Origin: Vicugna vicugna
Taxonomy: Eukaryota
NCBI GenBank assembly: GCA_013265495.1
Contig: MU057801.1
Location: forward strand, 1,109,879 to 1,173,878
Direction: 5' to 3'
Length of the DNA stretch: 64,000 nt
Within the stretch, counting starts at the first letter, position 1; every line of letters starts with the position of its first letter. Positions 62,633-64,000 of this stretch are shown one piece after another. The notes below the pieces were generated by a model. The model was not told where the DNA came from. It ran no database searches and was given only the letters and a program-made list of their open reading frames with translations. The translations under genes were made by a program, and so were the position numbers.

Positions 62633-64000
62633 AAGAACTCTTGAAAGGCATTTCACTGACGAAAAAGATCACAACTAGAAGCCATGGTGTGGTTCTCACC
62701 CGGGCAACTCTGGGCTCCCTTCCTGCCCTCCTCCCTCACAGGTCGTGGGCGTCACGAGGGCCACCACTGCACTGCGGTTGGCACCACTCACCTAGCCTAG
62801 GTGAGTCAGGGCCTCCCCGAGCACCACTTTCACTGATGGTTGCACATAAACACCTCGAGCCCTCGCTGTTTGGTGCTTGGCTTCTTCGTGGGTCTCATCC
62901 CAGATTAATTCTGTTTCCTGGTGGATCACTGGCTTCTGGGTAGCAAGTCCAAGAGCTCCCCCACCATGGGAGCCTCCGGCCCCTTCACGTCTACCTCACG
63001 TCTACCTTTTTTGAGTAGAGATGAATCATTTGGGTCAGGGGTGCTTAGAAAGTGTGAGACCTGGGAGTGGGAAGGGGAGAGGAAGTTGACAGTGTTTTGC
63101 AGCAATGGTAAGAAGAGGGTGAAAGAAACAACCCAGGGCGTTCCTGCCTCTGCTGGTGGGAAAGGCAGGCAGGCGTCCGCAGGGACAGGCAGGAGCTCAG
63201 GACGCGGGAGGCTGGCAGCACGAGTCAGGGCAGCAAACACAAAGGTTCCTGCCCGGAGAAACGGGCGTAGGTGCAGCAACCACTCTTCTCGGTTTGCACA
63301 TGATCTGGCCCAAAGCCAGATAAACCCACACGCTTCCAGCTGGCATTGTGTGGAAGGAGCCTGGGGCGCCGACTGCCTGTACGCCACGCGGGGAGGCAAT
63401 ATTTTATTCTAATAAATGTAAAAATGCTTACAAGCACTTCGGGAGGTTTATTTGTGATCTCAGTCCTTTTAAGGTGGTGCTCTTTCCTGCGAGCCCTCTG
63501 CCCAGAGGGAAAGGGACTGTGACCTTGGTTTAGCCAGTTCCTGCCTCTGATCCTCTCCCCCAGGAAACCCCCAGAAAGCAAAACGCTGCAGGAGCCCCGC
63601 GGCTGCACTAGGCCTGGGAAGTCAGATGTCCAGCTGGCTTAAATGCTCACCCGTCCTCCTGCGGAAGCAGCCCTGCGAGAGCCCGGAAGGGACAGGCTGC
63701 AGTCCGGGCTTCTCTAGGGCCTCAGGGGAAAAGCCACTGATTAGAACCGGGAGGTCGGCGGCACCCCTGCTGGGCAGCCTGGAGATCCCTGAAGAGCCTC
63801 TTGGCCCAGTAGGGCTCTCGAGTCCTGCTCTGAGTGAGCAGAAGAGAGGCAGGCTCTCCCCTCGGAGGCCGATCTTGGCCTGAGCTCATCAAACACGGAG
63901 CGCATGGTTGGATCTTTACGCTGCCTGGTCAGAGGAGTGTTCATCACAGCAGGCAGCGTCATCATTTCCTGCAGACGTCTGGAGTTCAAGTCATTCCAAG

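Noticed and set aside
1..64000. CRISPR arrays, prokaryotic operons, intact retroviral genes or a second host gene such as XRN2
   Set aside because: No regularly spaced repeats, no long intronless ORFs with known domains other than L1, and no other exon chain found.

Overview
Mammalian genomic DNA, probably camelid (judged from short tRNA-Ala-like SINEs and the L1 3' ends). Positions ~1-41.6 kb hold the 3' half of KIZ (kizuna centrosomal protein, PLK1S1) on the + strand. I traced 8 coding exons by hand with canonical AG/GT ends and consistent phases: 4159-4272, 10723-10870, 18306-18471, 19303-19368, 29328-29432, 32003-32099, 39741-39784 and 41405-41511 (stop). They splice into one open frame ending ...AFWGESDDSNSEIEAALRPRNRDTPTDDFDDFYDL*, followed by AATAAA at 41530. 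The 5' exons lie upstream of the window. The introns contain several repeat-free, motif-dense blocks that may be enhancers; KIZ lies near XRN2/NKX2-4/NKX2-2 in mammals. They also contain a few well-formed stop-containing (poison-type) exon candidates. The rest of the window (~41.6-64 kb) is intergenic and dominated by dead L1, LTR and SINE copies, including nested insertions with target-site duplications (TSDs). I see no evidence of a novel protein-coding system; almost all ORFs in the supplied track are chance ORFs or L1 remnants. The most interesting signals are sharp local AT-to-GC substitution patches, two ~100-bp L1-tail insertions truncated at a similar point, a chimeric L1 3' end, and KIZ splicing differences relative to human. 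All comparisons with human KIZ and with repeat consensus sequences are from memory and need database confirmation.
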